Position numbers and translations under genes: made by a program. From assembly GCA_963753345.1 (NCBI GenBank), contig CAVWBU010000047.1, positions 1 to 64,000 of the forward strand: 64,000 nucleotides of DNA. Reading direction: 5' to 3'. How positions within the stretch are numbered: the stretch's first letter is position 1; each line of letters begins with the position of its first letter. Of this stretch, positions 61,336 through 64,000 are shown in pieces. This stretch comes from an uncultured Fibrobacterota bacterium (lineage in GTDB: Bacteria > Fibrobacterota > Chitinivibrionia > Chitinivibrionales > FEN-1185). The notes beneath the pieces are model-generated. The model searched no databases. It was not told the origin of the DNA and was given only the letters and a program-made list of their open reading frames with translations.

Positions 61336-63582
61336 TTACTTTTCGGTATAACCTACCCGGAAACCACATGCACCATAGTCCCATGGGTATTCGATTGGTG
61401 AAGACCTTCGAGTTGCACAAGCGGCAAGACCCATTTGAACATTGGCTCCTCTACAAACTAATGAAACATTTGAATTATGTGGTGGCGGGCCCAATGGATC
61501 CACAGGTTGATAATAATCATATGTTGAATCATAGTAGTCATTAACAAATTCCATTGCATTGCCGAGCATGTCATATAATCCGAAACCGTTCGGTTTTTTA
61601 GAGGCAACAGGGCTTAGATTTCCAAGCGGGAAATACCATTCATATTGACTCGCACCAGAAGTGTCGTTCCCCCAATAGTATGTAGTCGTCGTTCCCGCTC
61701 TGCAGGCGAATTCCCATTGGGCTTCAGTAGGTAAATGATATCCATTTGCTTTTAAGGAATCATACAGTATGGTTCCCAAAGCGCATCCATTGCCGGGTAT
61801 TCCTGTAATTGAGGAATAACGGTAGATAGTATCAAGTCCGTCCCTTTTACTTCTTGCATTGCAATACAGAATCGCGTCACACCAGGTAATCTTAAATTCA
61901 GGATAATTATCACCATCCGTCGGCAACAGATTTGGCGCTGTTGCAGAAAAATTCGGATATGTCGCCGTCATAAGAGAAACATAATCTTTCTGCGTTACTT
62001 CCGTCGAATCCATCCAGAAATTATGGGAAAACGCAACAGAGTGAACGGGCTCCGCCACGCCGACCTCGCCCATACTAAAAGATTGTGCTTGGGACAGGAT
62101 TTTTTTCATTCCCCTCGGTAATGCCGTTGTTTTTCTCACGACAGGGCTAAAATCCGACACCGCCCCCTTGTTTGTCGTTGAGGTCACGGCAATCGAGTAC
62201 TCCTGCCCAACCTTAAGATTTTTTATCAGACACGGAGAGACTGCATTAGCAATCTTTGCCGCGCCGGCCTCGGTCACGGTATCTCCCTCCGCAAAATAGA
62301 CCGTATCCGAAACCGACTCACTCCCTTTTGTCCACGTTACCTTTATCCACGTCACTCCGGAATCCGCAGCTACGCTTGTCGGCGCAGCCGGCCTTGTCAC
62401 CACAATCGCCTTCTTCAGCGAATCAACCGTTACGCCGGTTGCCAGCAGCCTCACCGTGTATGTTCCGGGCGCCGAAAACGTGTGTATGGGGTTCTTGTCC
62501 GTTGACGTAATTCCATCTCCGAAATCCCACGAAAAACTCGTGGCGTTAGCCGAGTTATTGGTGAACGTCACGGCGAGCGGGTATTCTCCCGTAAGCGCGC
62601 TCGGGGTGAAATCAGCCTTTGTGGGGCTGGAGGATACGGTCATGATTATGGTCGCCGAATCCGACAGCGGCGGCGCGCCGTTGTCGGTCACGGAGAAAAC
62701 CACTGTATCCAAACCGACGAATCCGGTCGGCGGAGTCCATTGGTATGTCGTGTCGGCCAGGGATCCGCCTGCCGGGCCGCTTACCACTTTGTAAGTTAAG
62801 ATCTGGCCCGGGTCTGGGTCTGTAGCCGAAAGGATCAGTTGGCACGTTTGGCCGGCTGTGATGGTCATGGTTCCTTTAACCACAAGTGAGGGTTTGTGGT
62901 TAACGGGAGAGTTCTGTATTACGGTGAGAAGGGCGGGCGCGCTTGTGACGGAATCACCCCACTGGTCTTTTATCACGCACGCGTACCGCCCCGCGCTTGA
63001 AATTAAAACCGGGTTGATGATCAGCGTATCATGGGTGGCGTTAGGAACAGCAGTACCATCCTTGTACCATTGGTAGAAAAACGATTGCCCGGCGCCCGAG
63101 GCTTTTACGAATAAGAGGGCGGAGGAATCCTCATCGGCCGATGTGCTGACAGGGTCAACGATCTGTACAGGCTTTCCGGCAACAATAATGCTTGCGGTAT
63201 AGTATTTATCCTTTTCATCTTTCACCGAGACAATTACGGTAACGGTTCTCGTGCCGATTGAATGGAACGCGATCTTTATCCATTGGGTGTCAGTCCATGA
63301 AATGGGGCCCAGAAAGGTGAGCGACGTGTCCGTGTCCGAAGCGCCTTTGGCGATAGCGACTGAAATTTTGGTGATGTAGGAGGGAAGATAGGCCGCAATG
63401 CCCACGCGCACTATTTTCTCAACAGTATCAGTGACCGAAGCAGTGTCTTGCACGCCGCTTGAGTTCTGGACAAAGAGGCTGATTCTTGCGTCCTTCGGCT
63501 TGAACGGGCTTTCACTGCCGCCACAAGAAAGAAGAAGCGGGAGTGAAACGGCAATAATGAAGTAGTAAAGTCTTGAATGCAT
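61336..63582 (-). CDS. Lipoprotein with Ig, PKD, FN3 and C-terminal FGE-sulfatase (SUMF1) domains
   Basis: LLSC lipobox; FSWDFGDG (PKD); FWMDSTEVTQ, LPTEAQWEFACRAGT, KPNGFGLYDMLGN and GFRV. Confidence 0.88.
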   Translation of the reverse strand: MHSRLYYFIIAVSLPLLLSCGGSESPFKPKDARISLFVQNSSGVQDTASVTDTVEKIVRVGIAAYLPSYITKISVAIAKGASDTDTSLTFLGPISWTDTQWIKIAFHSIGTRTVTVIVSVKDEKDKYYTASIIVAGKPVQIVDPVSTSADEDSSALLFVKASGAGQSFFYQWYKDGTAVPNATHDTLIINPVLISSAGRYACVIKDQWGDSVTSAPALLTVIQNSPVNHKPSLVVKGTMTITAGQTCQLILSATDPDPGQILTYKVVSGPAGGSLADTTYQWTPPTGFVGLDTVVFSVTDNGAPPLSDSATIIMTVSSSPTKADFTPSALTGEYPLAVTFTNNSANATSFSWDFGDGITSTDKNPIHTFSAPGTYTVRLLATGVTVDSLKKAIVVTRPAAPTSVAADSGVTWIKVTWTKGSESVSDTVYFAEGDTVTEAGAAKIANAVSPCLIKNLKVGQEYSIAVTSTTNKGAVSDFSPVVRKTTALPRGMKKILSQAQSFSMGEVGVAEPVHSVAFSHNFWMDSTEVTQKDYVSLMTATYPNFSATAPNLLPTDGDNYPEFKITWCDAILYCNARSKRDGLDTIYRYSSITGIPGNGCALGTILYDSLKANGYHLPTEAQWEFACRAGTTTTYYWGNDTSGASQYEWYFPLGNLSPVASKKPNGFGLYDMLGNAMEFVNDYYDSTYDYYQPVDPLGPPPHNSNVSLVCRGANVQMGLAACATRRSSPIEYPWDYGACGFRVGYTEK

Positions 63583-64000
63583 GGGATATCTTCTCCGATC
63601 CGGGTTGGGCCGGCTGGGACTCAATGGGGAAAATAATAAAAGGGAACAAGAGAACGCGTTTTGAACTTAACATAAGATACGGAAGAGGGAAACTGTCCGC
63701 CCGCTATTCAACTCAGCCGCCTTGTTTGACAAAATGAGTTCTTTCGCTTTCATGCTGATTGGAAAACATCTGAAAGACGGGCCATTTTGTTTCTTGACAA
63801 AGACATTCAAAACCTATGTGTCTTTAGCGTTTCGAGTAACTATTTTATCTGTAGTTTCCGTTGCAAGGCGTGATCCCGTTTTCCCGTCGTTACCAGCCTT
63901 CCAAAAGGTGGCGCATGGACAAGAAGACCGCTGCGAAACAGGCGCTTTCCAGCCTCATTAACGAATTCTCAAAACTCGACAGGAAGGGCATTCTTAAGGG

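Noticed and set aside
63625-64000. Possible gene at the right edge
   Set aside because: No ORF with recognisable motifs or RBS; cannot be supported from this window

Overview
A mostly high-GC bacterial chromosomal segment. The secreted proteins with T9SS-like C-terminal tails and the DUF2341/LamG and FGE-sulfatase lipoproteins suggest Fibrobacterota/Chitinivibrionia; this assignment is inference. Housekeeping genes (scpB, mutS, gmd, PBP1A, uvrC, pyrR-pyrB-pyrC) are interleaved with secreted/surface proteins and AT-richer accessory genes. Main observations: (1) a fluoride-response operon with two fluoride (crcB-class) riboswitches, one coupled to a terminator ahead of enolase-USP and one sequestering the RBS of a CPA2-family cation:proton antiporter, with no Fluc/CLC-F gene in the window; (2) a dense set of modular, structured intergenic repeats (9 full copies plus 2 truncated of a Flavo-1-like family A, 5 of family B, 2 of family C) that show compensatory base changes, interchangeable hairpin modules, a TTGAC motif at a fixed distance, and recurring composite arrangements, one enclosing a cargo gene; (3) an intact integron gene cassette with a canonical attC and a vapBC pair with a decayed attC, but no integrase; (4) an EndoQ-UvrD fusion split by a single base. 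Frequent 1-bp frameshifts in core genes most likely reflect read/assembly indels. No rRNA, tRNA, CRISPR array, transposase or reverse transcriptase was recognised.
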